Shown piece after piece: positions 1 through 14,100 of a stretch of DNA of 64,000 nt; position 1 is the stretch's first letter; every line of letters starts with the position of its first letter. The notes beneath the pieces were generated by a model. That model ran no database searches. It had not been told where the DNA came from and saw only the letters and a program-made list of their open reading frames with translations. A program made the position numbers and the translations under genes. Location: positions 314,373 to 378,372 of the forward strand of contig JAAOMT010000003.1 of assembly GCA_016748015.1 (NCBI GenBank), read 5' to 3'. The DNA is from Geosiphon pyriformis uo1. Lineage: Eukaryota; Fungi; Glomeromycota.

Positions 1-1558
1 TGTCTTTCCACCAAAAGAAACTGGGCGAACAATTGGTGCCTGCTTCTTTCTATAAATATTGGCCAACTACACCTTATCCTGAGAAGTCACTGCACATTTC
101 TCACGACCACCAGACCTCTTATCCACAGAACAGTTAACAGCAGTATGACCAAACAGTTTGCAATGAGCACAACTGGTCAAAGAAAGACCAGCCCAATGCA
201 AGTCCACACCCTTAAAGACCAGAACCAAACCAATAGCAGCCAACTTAGATGCCTCACTTTCAAAACAAATTACAGCACACTGATCATGAACATATGAAGT
301 TGAATTACGGCCTATAAAACAAGTTTTCCTATCATAAGTCTCCACCAATTCAGACAAATCATGAGCAGTCATGTCAATTGGAAGAGTATACAACAAAGCC
401 CGAAACCTATCCCTTAATACCCACGATTGTTTATCATCAACAGCCTTTGCTATATGAACAGAATCTTTTTTCACAAGAACAGATCATCTAGCTGTGACCA
501 AATTAGCTACCTTCAATGATTCAAATTCTACCAGGGCCTTTTGCCAAAGACCAATGAGCTGCATCTTGATTGACACAATTTTTCCAAATTTAGAAAACAC
601 TGCCTTAACCACAGATTTGGAAAAATCAACAGGGATCTCCTTGATTATCACCTTCTGATTCGAATGACTGTTTACTTTTCTGAGATCATTATTTATCATG
701 ATTTTTTCACTAATCACCATATCTTTTGTCCTGTCCAAACTTAATTCAGAAGTGAATGTAGATCTTATTACACCAGGAAATTTTAAGGGAGTCAAAGCTC
801 CTCCAAATTCATCAATTCGATAAAAGATTTTTTTAATTGCCATTAACTTATCAACATTTGTCTTCCCAGGTACTGCCAAAACCTCAATATCTAATGTGAA
901 AGATTTTACTGGCTCGAAATTCCTTTTTTCTGGGGCACATGACCTGATATGCGGCACCTGATTGGCACCATCAAACTTAGGGGGAAGAAGCTTTAGCACA
1001 TCATTGTCATCACTCATATGGTCGAACAAAGGTTGCTTTGGTGAGTTGCCCAGCACATATGTTTGAGTACGAGTCTTTCTCAGTGTAGTTTCGTTCATGC
1101 CATCATCTTCACCTGATTCCGCATAGCAGGTTTCTTCGGCCACCGTGTTCATCATATCTTCAACATCCAAGAGACCACTGACACTACTAGTAACACTGTC
1201 AATCTCACTGCCCCAGGACATCACAGACTCGGTACTAGCACTATCAATATCCTCCAGGCTCAGCGATCCAGTAGACGAGTCGACCACATTACCAGCAGCA
1301 GGCTTTTTCGGTTTCTTGTAAGATGCACTCCGAGAGTAGACTGTATCTATGCGCTTTTTCTTCGCACTCTGGCGGATTCCCAAACCAGCCAAAACTGAGT
1401 CAGAACCACCAGCAGAAGAGCCTACTGGTTCTATTACGACAAATAGAGGTATATTAGAAGAAATGACTTGGTGAATGAAAGGTAAAGGAATAAAGTAAAG
1501 CAATTTCTCCTAAAAAATTTTTTGTTTTCACAGTGGCCAGAGGATCAATGAGAGAAAG
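1..1558 (-). mobile_element. Non-LTR retrotransposon (LINE-A, family beta), 5' part only: 5' UTR plus ORF1, cut by the window edge
   Basis: ORFs 484-1503 and 67-474 encode ORF1 motifs: KSFTLDI, RRM-like VIIKEIPVD..FSKFGKIVSIKMQLIGLWQKALVEF, DRFRALLYTLP and the CCHC knuckle CAHCKLFGHTAVNC. The 5' UTR (gatcctctggccac...ttttttaggagaaattg) matches that of LINE-C at ~28920-28970. Confidence 0.9.
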
Positions 1559-3206
1559 TTTTTTGTAATAGTTTACCAAAATTAAATTAATTATTATATT
1601 AAAAAAGTAAAATACCAAGTATTATTAATTATTATCAAATTAAATTTTTGTTTTTTATACAAAAAATTTTAACACAAAATTTTTAAATTTATTAAAATCT
1701 TTAAATTATATTATTAAATTACAATATTAACTAATAGATAATTAAATTATTTTTTTAATCTTAATATATAATTAGTTAATTATTTTTTCTATTTTTTTTA
1801 AAAGACTAAAAAATATATGTAAAATTAACTTATTGATAATTAAATTATTTAATAAAAAAATAATAAACACCAAAATAAATTGATTATTATGCTGTAAAAA
1901 TCAAATATTAAGTATTATTAATTATAATTAAATTTTTATTTATTATATAAAAAACTTAATTAATATAAAATTTTCAAAATACATTTACCAAAAACAGCAT
2001 TAATTTATAAATTAATATATTATATAATTATTTTTAATAATAAATATTTTGTCTAAATAATATAAGTTTTTAGATTATATAAACAATAATAAATTTTTAT
2101 GAAAATTTTTGGTTTTTTTGAATAATTTATCAAATAAAAAACTGTTAATTTGTCTAAAATTTCTAATAAGTTGTAAAAATATAGTAATTTTTTTATATTT
2201 AAGTTTTTTAATTCTTTTTTGTTTTTAGATTATATTTTTAAGTTTTGAACTAATGCTTAAATGTTAATAATTTTTAAGTTTTATAATTAAAAAATATTTT
2301 AATTAATATTTAGTTTATTGTTTAATTAAAATTATTAAAAAGTTTTTTTTAAAAATTTTTACTAATTATATTTTTAAAACTTATAATAATAACAAAATTT
2401 TAAGAAATAATAATTTTTTTGTGCTCAAAAATACTTTAATTCGAATTTTTATTTTCAATTAATTTTATTATTAAAAATATTTTAAAAAAAAACTGTGATT
2501 AATTTTTTAAAACATATAAAAAACTTATGATTTTATTAAATAAACTTACTTAAAAAAAAGTTTTAAAAAAGTAAAAATGTGTAATAAATTTGTAAATTTT
2601 TTTTGTCATATTTATTATAATTACAAAAATAAGATTATAACTGATTTTAATCTTATAAAAAAATTATTGTATATATAATAAATTAAATTAAAAAAATGTT
2701 TTTATTATTGCTTTTGTACATATTTTATGATTAAATTTTGTGTAAAATTAAAAAAAAAATTTTTGTTTACAAAATTTACAAAAAATAATTTTATATTATA
2801 TTTTATAATTAAACTTTTTATTAATAATATTATTTAAATAAAATATAATTATATAATTATATAATTAATTTTAAATATAACCAATTAATTTTTTTATATT
2901 AATAATATTTTAATAATAATTATTTTAATTAATTATAAAATAAAAAATATTAATTTAAAAATTTGTAAATAAAATAAAACTTAATAAGTCTTATAGATAT
3001 TTAAATATTATATTATTTATAAATAAGTTTAATGTTTTAAGTTTAAAAAAAACAAAGTTTAAAATCTAATTTTTTAATAATATTGTATTTAAAAAATTAT
3101 AAATAAATTATTTATTTATTTGATTATAACAATTTATACTTAATTGTTGTTTATAAAACTTAAATAAATTTATTATTAAATATTCATATTTAAAATAAAA
3201 AAAAAA
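1559..3206. other. Extremely AT-rich non-coding spacer (others at ~20000-21240, ~28980-29460 and ~52150-53040)
   Basis: Almost no G/C, no ORFs, essentially no CpG; composition judged by eye, not computed. Confidence 0.8.
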
Positions 3207-3332
3207 CTTCTTTTTTTTTTACCTCCAAAAATCCTCAGAGCACAGTTTTTGAAAAAGTTTTTTCTATTTTATTTTTTCTTATTAGTTTATATCAATATTT
3301 TTTTACCTAATAATAACCTATTTTTCGTGAAT

Positions 3333-5252
3333 TTGAAAGCTACTGCAGGTAGCATCATGTCTAAAAGGAAGATATCCAAAGGCACTTTTCATGGTTTTGC
3401 TGGTAGTTTCTTTTCTCAGAAGAAAAAAGTTGTTCTTGGAAATATTAAACATTTTGGTGATAAGAAGAATATTTCTTTGGGTAAATCTGGATCTGATAAT
3501 AGCATATACTTTAATATAGATAGTCTGTCTGATAAAGATGAAGATATTAGTATGTTTAATATAAATGATAGATCTTTTCTGAATTCAGCCACTATTATGT
3601 CCAAACCAAAGCATGTCAACAATAGTACTGTTTTTGGTTTTCTGTTTAGTTCTCTGAATTTTAATATAGATGATGATGAAGTTGTTTTCCTTTTTTATTT
3701 GCCCATTTCTCTAGACAAAAAGTGAATTGATCCAAAAATCATCAAAACTCCAGTAGAAGTTTTGATTAAGAAGTTATTTGCTTTGGATATCAATTTTTCA
3801 GCTGTAGAAAGAAGATTAGCAACAGCAAAGACTTAATTCATTAGAAAATTATTTTCATCTGTCAATAGTTTTGGGGGGTCATTATTCTCTCAAAATTTAA
3901 AAAAATCATCAGATCTATCTTCACATTAGAGATTAGCATAATGAAAACCACTTTATTGGCCAAAAAAAATAGGATTATTGCAAATATTAATATTAAGAAA
4001 CAAAGAATACATTCAAATTGGGCTGTGGTCATTAAAGAAATTTCCATGGACATATTAAAGAAAATGATCGTCGCTGCAGTATCCGAATTTGGTGAAATTA
4101 AGTCGATCAAAATTCAGCTAATTAGAATATAACAGAAGGCTGTGGTAGAATTCACTCAATTAGATTAGGCTAAACAGTTGGCTGCTAAATAGTTTTTCTT
4201 GATTGGTAAAAATTCAATGTATATGACTATGGCTGTGGGAAATCATGATATCTGGGCATCAAGAGATTAGTTTAAAGCTCTGTTGTTTATATTGTCTGTG
4301 AAAACAACTGCTCATAATTTGAGCACTCTTTTGGATGGAGTTGGTAATAAAACTTGCATTATCAATTATTTATTTGATACTGGCAACCAGATTCACTGTG
4401 CTGTAATTGGTTTTGAATCCAATAAAAATTTGGATTCTGCATATTGCATTAAGCCAAAAACATGCTCATTTTGCTGAAAAAGCTTATTGTTTCAGAGAAG
4501 TATTTGGTGGTATTAAACTTTTTTGGGCTAAGTTGGATTTGATTCATTGTGAGAAGTGTAAACATTTTGGTCATTCTGCTTTGAAGTATGATATGTCAAC
4601 TATATCTGTCTCTAAGCCTTTAAAAATCTTTAAAAAAGTCATGTTGAAAGTACATTGTCTTTAGTTGACAAAGTTGTACACAAAAAAGTGTGTTTCTATC
4701 TCCTGTTCTGTTGTCTTTGGTGACAAGTCTTGGACGCAGGTAGTTTTTTTTGCTTTTTCTTCTGGTGGTTCTCATTTTAATTTTAGTTCTGGATCTAATT
4801 CTCCTTTTTTTGGTGCTTCATATAACAAAAAAAGCACTCTGGTTACTCAAGATAGTTCTTTAATTAGTAATTGTCTGGCTTTGCTGGAACAATCCTTAGA
4901 ATTGCTGGCTAATAAAGTATCAGATATTGTGCACAGATTAAATAGTGTGAAGCTGGTGCTCCTAATGCCTGTTTCTCAAGTTAAATCTCTGGTTGTTTCT
5001 GCTTCTATATTGTCAATATTGGATGCTGATATGATTTTGGATGTCTTACAGTTATTTCTCTCTTCTCCATCTCCTATGGTAAAAAACAAGATAGTAGATT
5101 TGGATCTGAGTAATTCGAAAGTTCTTACTTCCAAGATTGGTGGTTTGGAATCTAAGATGGTAGCTCTTGAAGTTTTTATTGGCTCAATTTTGGAGAAGTT
5201 GGATCTGTTGTATGTAAATTTGGGTTTCTTAATACATTATTCTTCTTAATGA
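3333..5252 (+). pseudogene. LINE-B ORF1 (RRM-like domains plus CCHC zinc knuckle; nucleic-acid chaperone), disrupted
   Basis: Fragments 3249-3725, 3941-4132, 4283-4477, 4407-4664 and 4665-5249 are colinear with LINE-D ORF1, which begins MKATASS at 52025 on the minus strand. Confidence 0.85.
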
Positions 5253-7214
5253 GTAAGCTTATTTGGAAAGTGGTCACATGTAATGTTAGGAGTATAACAA
5301 ATTTGGCTAAGCAGAAAAACATTATTTGTTGGTACAAGGAATTGGATAATATGATTTTTATTGTTATTAAAACAAAATTAAGATTTAATATTAAGCCTTA
5401 GATTATGAGTAAGTTTAATGAAATCCAGATTTTTACTATTGGTCTGAATGTGAGTTTTTATAATACTAGCATTGTTATAATTATGGATATTTTTTTGGCT
5501 TGATATGTGTCAAAGGTTGAAGAAATTTTTGGTCATTTAATTTTTGTGCATTTTCTGTTTAAAAACAAACTTTTAATTACAATTTTAGATCTTTACACTG
5601 GTGCTTCAATTGGCACATGCTTTGGTTAAGCTGTTAATATCAATTCTATGGTTTCTAAAGCTGTCAATTCCAGTTCTTTCATAATTTTAGATGGTGATTT
5701 TAATGAAAATAGATCTAAAAAGAGTGCTAATTTCAAGTTCTGCTTGAGTTTGGGTCTGGTTAATACTTTTGATGGACATTCACTAGCCAAAGCTTCTACT
5801 TGGAGCAATTTTAGGGGTGTTGAAAGGGTAATCAATTTTGTTTTTGTAAGTAAGAATTTGGCATCCACAATTACATCACACAAAATTAATGATATGTCAG
5901 AATTTTTTAATATAGATCATATGTCAGTTTTAGTTTCAATCAGTTTGAGTAGACTTCTGGATGCTCATCTTATCAACATTTATAAGCAAGCCAACTGAGA
6001 CTAGTGGAAGTTCAAATTGGGAGATGCAGATGATGTTCAATGGTTGGACTTTAAAGACTGTTTTTCTGCTGAGTTGTTCTTCAGATCAGACATGTTTGAG
6101 AATGCAAAAAACAATAATGACTTAGATACAATGTAGAAAATACTAAAGGAAGCCATGATACAAGCTGCTAATATAGTGTTCTCTAAAATTTGGTATAGTG
6201 AGTACAATTGTTTAAAGAACAAACAATCTTCAAAATTCTTCAAATTAGAGTTGTTTATTGCTAAGATTGTAAAGTGTTGGAATTCTGGTAATTTTCTGAA
6301 CTTTGACTGCCTTGTAAAAGTCTGGTCAGATATTGATAAAGTCGAAGCATCCATGGTTGTTGACATGATACTAAATAGTTCAAGCTTAATGAATCTAGTT
6401 AGGCATTTGTCAGTAGTAAAGAAAAAATACAGGAAATTTAAGTATTGTGAGTTTAAGATTGCTAAAGATATGGCCATTAGAAAAATGATTGACTGTTATA
6501 TAAAAAATTTCTGTTCTGACAAAAGATAAATGATAAGAAGCATTCTGAAATGTTCATTTTACAAAATAGCTTTAGATTACTTGGTAATAGATAATGAATT
6601 GGTGGTTGAATCTGATAAGGTTAAGTTCAAGGTTGATAAGATTATAGAAGAGTGGACAAGAAAGTGTTCAGTACTCCCAAAAATGCCTGATCTTTGGTCT
6701 TAACAATATATGTCTCTGAATTATGTAAATGATAATGCTTTCTCTGGTGTAATGAAAGAGATTGATATAATAGAATTGTCTTTGATTATTGATGGCTTGC
6801 CAAATAATAAAGCAGCTGGATTGTTTGAAATACCTAATGAACTTTGGAAACATTGTGGTGAAGAGGTATTGGCCTGTCTTTTGAAGCTATTGAATTTGTG
6901 TTTGAGTTTGGGCATAATTTCAGCTGTCTGAAAAAAAGCATGGATTTCAATGATTCCAAAACCTTATAAATGAAATAGTATTTTAACAAATACTAGACCT
7001 ATTGCATTAGTTGATACTGCATGTAAAATTTTATCTAAGATTTTTTCTAATTAAATATTTTTGGCTTGTAGCAAATTTAATGTTCTTTATAGTAATAATT
7101 TTTTGGGTGTTGAAAAGTACTTCAATTTAGTTTTCTATTTTTGCAATTGGATCTGTTGTTGAAAATATCCTAAAAAAAAATAAAAAACTTTGGTTGGTAC
7201 TACAAAATATGCAC

Positions 7215-8101
7215 TGTTACTTGTAGAATATAGGAAATATATTAGCATATAAATTAGCCAATCAGAAGTAGCTGTAGTAAATATGGAATTTCAAGATTTC
7301 TTTCAAAAAAATTGCAGAATTTCAGGAATTTCAGAATTCTTATATAAGGAATTGCAAGATTCCAGAATTCCAGGATTCCTCTCAAAAAAATTGCAGAATT
7401 CCAGGAATTTCAAAATTCATGATATGAAAAATTGAAAAATTGAAAAATCTCAATTATATATATATAGCAGTAGTATTAGAAGTAAAAAAACAGATCTTTT
7501 AGTTTAGATTTGATCTAAACAACTTTTCTATTCACAAATATCAATAAATAATTATTTACTATCTTAATCTATTCTCCACTATTAATACTTTATGTTGATA
7601 GTAATTAATACTTAACTATGCTAAAACAATAGCTCTTGATTATGACTATTGATGAGATACTAATTTGCAATTGCCTTGGCTTATTTTCTTTATTATTTTT
7701 TTATTTCTTTTATTTTTATTTTTTTCTTTATTTTATTTTGTGTTTACTAATTGATTGAAAATTAAGCATTGAATTATTAACATCAAGAATAGTCTGGTAA
7801 AAGACCTCAAAAGAAGAGTATAGAATTGAGAATTTAAAGATAGCTTATCAGAAAAGCATTTCTGTCAGATTATTGGCCACTATATTGAGAAAAAAATTTG
7901 ATAGAATTGTGATTCTAAAAGACTACTAAAACACTACTGAATCTCTGTCCATTATACAAAAAACTCCAACCCAAAACCTTCAGATTAACCAAAACCTTCA
8001 GATCCATAACATCTTTAAAGATCTAACATTATTATATTAATTGAGTACCAAGTTATGGGTTTGTTATTTGCTTTAAAACTCCAAATAATCAGCTTGTAAT
8101 A
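7215..8101 (+). repeat. Gypsy-1 5' LTR
   Basis: Direct repeat of 16335-17221. Starts TGTTAC. Carries a GGAATTCCA-type array followed by a TATATATATA box at ~7455. Confidence 0.95.
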
Positions 8102-8103
8102 TT

Positions 8104-8119
8104 TAGTGCTCTTTGTGAA
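8104..8119 (+). promoter_or_regulatory. Gypsy-1 primer-binding site (mutated copy of TGGTGCTCTCTGTGAG)
   Basis: TAGTGCTCTTTGTGAA lies 2 nt after the LTR end. The intact version is at 45490. Confidence 0.8.
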
Positions 8120-8164
8120 ATATAATCCTACAAAGAACCAGCACCAACACACAACTATCCAAAA

Positions 8165-11100
8165 GTGGCAGAATCAGAAAGAATAAAGACAAACCATTTA
8201 GGATTTGCTAAATCCTTGTTTCAACATTATTGTTAATATTTAAAATTAACCAACAATCACTTATTAGCAGAATCAGTCTTCAATTTCTATGTCAACAAAA
8301 AAATTTCATATTTGCTAGAAGTACTAGTAGAAACTGACTTAGCCAGAGAAAATTTCTACAACAAATTAATTCAAAATACCAGTCTACCAGCAAATTATAA
8401 TTTCACAGCAATCCTCACTGAAATCAATAAAGAAATTAAACATCACATTCAACAAAAATACCTAATCACTTACACAAACAAAAGCAAAAAAAAACTACAA
8501 ACATCAGCAGTAACATTACAAAGAATACAACTACCTACTTGGAAGAAAACAAGAGTAGAATCTCCAACCAATCTATCATACCACTATACACCCAGAAGCA
8601 CCATCAACATCTCATCAACAGATGCATTCACATCAAATGTGACCTCAACATTTGGACAACTCTTATTTCAAAGTAACCAAAAGAAAGCAGAATTATTAGG
8701 AACTTATGGTAATTATTTTGAAAGATTTAAATCACAATCACTGATGCCATCAGGATTTTGATCACTGTCACTTCTACCAGATTTTGGAACTGCAAGTTCT
8801 TGGAAAGTAATGAAATCTGAAGAAAAAGAAAACAAGAATCAAGAATTTAATTACCAAAACCCAATTCCAAAAAATTCAGAAAATCAAAACCCAAATATCC
8901 AAACTCCAAAAAATCAGAACAATCTAAACTCTGATATAATTAATCAACAATACTTATTTCAAGTAATCATAATCAATCAACCACCAATTAAACCGATTGG
9001 TAAACCAATTCAACAGTCACAAGCACCACCTCAACAACAACTACAACAACCACTTTAACAACTACCACCACAACAACAACAAGTCATAATACTAATGACA
9101 TATGTCCCTATCACCAAATTAGAAAAATTTACTGGCAAAGAAGATAATGCCCAAGTTTGACTTAATGATGTTGTTAAAGCAATTACTGCTAACAATTGGA
9201 ACAATGCCAGAGCTCTACAGGCCATTTCATATTTTTTGCAAGATACTACCAATTTATGGTATCAAAGCTTAATTAACAAACCTATCATTTTTGATGTGTT
9301 TAAAACAGAGTTTTTGAGATATTTTAACAATCATAATAGTATTAACCACTTAGCCAATACTTTCACTACTATCAAGCAAGAAAAAACTAAAGCAATCACT
9401 ATTTACCTAGGACACTTCCATAGACATTTGTGCCAAATACAAGTAATTGATGCAAATTACTTTACAGCACCATAGATTCTGAACCAGTTCATCTATAGAC
9501 TATGCAGTAGCATTTTCTAATGCATATATTCAATACACCTACAAACTCTCTAAAATGCAATTACCAATGCACAAGATTTTGAATTTGCCAAACTTGAAGC
9601 CAATTATGTCCAAGCTGTAAATCTAGTAATGAACAGATTATCTGACTTAAATTCTAAATTGAAGCAATTCAGAGAGTCAATCAATCAGAAATTAGAAGGA
9701 TACTTAGCTAACAACAATCAGGCAATTTATCAACCTTTACAAAAACACAATAATCAAGAAAACTCCAATTGTTTCTAAACTCAATTGCATCTATCATCAT
9801 TAACCAATTAACAGTGGCAACAGAAAACATGTGTTTGCTACTATTGTGGTAAATAAAAACATCTGCAGTTTGAATGTTACAAAAGAATAAGTGACCAACA
9901 ATTAGGTAATCAGTATCAAAACTCTGATTGTTGACTCCAAACTCAGAATTATGTCAGTAATCAATCACAAAAACATTATCAACATCAACCACATTATGCT
10001 CAAATGACTTAACTAATGTATCAAGCACCAATAATGCAGCAATTATACTCACCTTTAATATATCAACTGGCAACATCTATAATATATCAACCACCACAGC
10101 CACAACTAGTTTATTAATCTTAGCAAATTCAAACACTACCACAAAATCCAACTCTAATGTTACATGGAAACCAAAAACCAAAATCCATTCAACAAAATTG
10201 GAGATCAGCAATAATTGTTCATCAACCAATCTCCAGTTCATCCACCCAATAATTAAAATCATGCCAGCAGAATTCAGGAATTGGATACATTCAAAACCCA
10301 AATTCTTAACACTATTTAAGTCTTTTGGTAACTCCAGAAGATGCTTCATCTAACAAACCAGAACCCAACCAAAAACAACTATTAACTAGCAACATACCTC
10401 CAGCCACCATTACCAATGATAAATTTCTAGCAGCAATTTTTTCCTTCAAACTTAAGAAAGCAACACCAGTATCATTATTTAGTGAAGTTGTGCTCAATGC
10501 CAAACCTATCACTGTTATGTATACAGATGCCAAAGTTGATGGCCATTCTATTAAGCTCATTCTTGATAGTAGGTCAGTCAGCAGTCTTATTACATGACAA
10601 CTTATGAACCAGTTAGGTCACTAAGTTGATTGCACTGTCAACACCAGGATTATCACAGCTGATAAAGCCATAAAGATTCCTATTGGCAAAATTGATGACT
10701 TCCTCTTTGAAGTTAATGGCATCACTATAACAATCAAAGTCTTAGTGATGGAAGCTATCCAGTACCAAGCTCTTATTGGTAATGACTGGCTAGTCAAAAC
10801 TAATGCTATACTTGATTGGACCATGCAAAAGCTCCAACTCAGCCAAAATAATTAATACACATGTGTACCAGCCACATATGGTTATTTCAAAATAAACACT
10901 AACCCAGCATCACTCATAGAATTGGAAAAAAAAAGAAAAAACCTATTTGGAAAGCCTATCAAGTCTTATGGACCAATACTAATCATAATAAACTGCCATT
11001 AATACTCTTTTGGAACAACAAGGGAAAAGAAAAGGAAGAAAACATACCTGAAGAAACAACTGCCACAAAAGAAATAACTAGTGGCTGGAAAAGAAAATAC

Positions 11101-14100
11101 TTACATAAGCCAATCATAGAACTGCTATATATATCTTTCAAATACAAGAACTATAAAAAGAAACTTTCTTCTATGGGAGCTTGAATTGTGCCCAACAAAG
11201 ACTATTAAATAAGAACTCACTATTATTGTAAGCCATGCTATAGAAAACACTATGACTATTCAAAAAAACAGGGAAAGTGGAATAACAAATCATGTCTTGC
11301 TTGTGACAAATGGTTATTCAACAAAAAAATGTAGAATGACATTCTTGGTTAAAAAGAAATGTGTAACACTTTATGTCAATATATGATCCTCATAAATAAT
11401 TGGGTAAGTTGTGGGACATCTATAATGGCTGCTTAGCACTGAGCAATCTCTTGCTTGGATGGCTACTCATACAATGAGAATAAGATCTGGTAAATAGCAA
11501 ACACCAAAGTTGAAAACACTTTGCCTAGTAAGATTTTAGAAATTAAAAACAACCTACTAGAACCAGTGAAAATAGTTTTCATTTCAAATTCTGATGTTTT
11601 TTTTGACATTGAAACAGGCCCAGAGGAATTTCACAAGCACTATTAGAACCTAATACCAACCAAAGAAGAGCAGGAACAACAGTTACAAAAATTAAATACC
11701 AGACTATGCCAACATTGTTTAATTTCCAATGATTTTGAATATTGTGATAATTGTAACCTTATTTACAATTCACCATCATGTATAATCTATATAATTCCGA
11801 AGAGAAAAAACCAATCAGCAGCTGTACATCAGAATTAGAATCAATATTTAATTCCAATTCAAACTTCAACAATAACAATAATGAAAACAATAGTTCCAGT
11901 TTCATTCAAAATAGCAATGATAATTATGATGATCCAAACTCTAATTTAAATCCTGAACAATATATCACTCTTTTTGATTTCTTCAAAAAGCAAGAACTCA
12001 AATAGTTCAGTAATAACAATGAAGACATTATGCCAAAATGCATACATGATACCAATGCAGAATTTGATCTAAGATATTCAGGAAAAAATGCCATCAAATT
12101 AGAACCATATTTATGCACCTGTATTGATTTCAAAGTAGTATTAGAAATTCCAGCTACAATAATGGTTTAATTAACATCCAAAAGTAGTTTAGCAAAAAAA
12201 GAAATCAATATCAGAGGAGAAATAATTGACACAGAATATGTAAAAAATATTATTACAATACTACAAAATGACTCAGAAAAGGCCTATATTATAGAGCCAA
12301 ATAAAAAAATAGCACAGGCAATATTTCTGCCTCTGGTGAAAATAACTCAGTTAGTGTTAGTGAGAAACAGAAAAGAATTAAGGATTACAGCTAGAGGGAT
12401 ACAGAGTTTTAGATCTACGGATAGAATAAATATACCAGTTAATATGGCAGAGGAAGAAATTGTTGACAAGAGAGAAATTATTTCCACCCATCAATCAATT
12501 TCTATTTTACCATATAACCAGCACATATTAGCCATAGAAAGAAAAGTAAAGGGTCAGATTTAGATTTTTGAGACAGAAGCAACACTTTGTGAATCAGGAA
12601 AAATTGGATTAGTCAATCTACACATACCAGCCAAAAACTACAGTTACATTAAAATTTCTATTTACAACAACATGGAAGACATTATTGAGATACCAAAAGA
12701 AACCACCATTGGATATTTAATCACTGAAATCAAAAACCAACCACCAAATCTCATTTCAGATTTTCCACAACTGTATAGATATGTGGATATCACATCACAA
12801 ACAATATATAAACAAGAAAAATGTTATCTGCTCCAACCAGAACAATTGGAACAAATGAACTTGAAAAATCTAAACCCACTACAATGTATGCAGCTTAAGA
12901 TATTACTCAACAATTTCAATGACATCTTTGCCAATAGAAACAAATTCAGTAGAATTGACATAATCCAGCACCAAATTAAGACTGGAGATACAATACCAAT
13001 TAAACAAAAAGCATACTAAGTACCACCAGTCAGCTATGAGATCATTCATCAAAAAATCAATTGGATGCTTAACAATAGGCTAATTCAGTTATTAATGAGT
13101 CCATGGTCATCATCAGTGATATTAGTCCAGAAAAAAAATGAGAAAATTTGCTTTTGTGTGGATTACTGAAAACTGAATAGAGTAACAAAAGAAGATAGCT
13201 ACTCAACTCCAAAGATTCAAAAACTTTTTGACACTTTTGGAAGAAAGAAATGGTTTTTAACTTTAGACTTAGACAGTAGTTATTGATAAGTAGTTATGAA
13301 ACCAAAAAACAAGGAGAAAACAGCTTTTACAACCCAAGAAAAAAAATTTGAATTTGAAGTTATGCCATTTGGCTTGATAAATGCTTTTGCCATATTTCAA
13401 TAACTTATAGAAATTGTCTATATTAAACTACTATGGAAATTAGTAGTTATATATTTGGATAACACCAATGTGTTTTCCAAAACATTTAATGATTATTTGC
13501 ACCATTTTCAACAAGTATTTAAAAGACTAAGAAGAGCTGGATTAAAACTAAATGCAATCAAGTGTTTCTTTGGAAAAACTGAACTCAAGTTTTTGGAACA
13601 TATTGTAAGCAAAGATGGTATTAAAATGGATCTAGATAAGATTGAGATTGTTAAGAACTTTTCAGTACCAAATAATCTCATAAAATTAAGAGCATTCTTG
13701 GGATTTGCTGAATACTACTGCCACTTTATCAAAGACTTTTCCAAAATAGCTTAATTACTGCACCAACTCCAAACAAAGAACACCAAATATAAATGGACTG
13801 AAACCCAACAAAAAGTCTTTGACACACTGAGAAAAAAACTTATTCAAGCCCTAGTATTAATCTATTCAAACCACAGCAAACCATTTATTATTATCACTAA
13901 TGCATCTGGTCAAACATTAGAAACAGTACTATCTCAGAAAAGACTGGATAGAAGAGAACACCCAGTAGTATATACTAGCCATAGCTTAAGTCTAACTGAA
14001 AAAAACTATAGAACACTAGTATTGGAACACTTAACAATCTATTGGGCAGTCATAAAATGGAAAAAATACTTGAGCCAAAAGTTTGATATGTATACTAATC

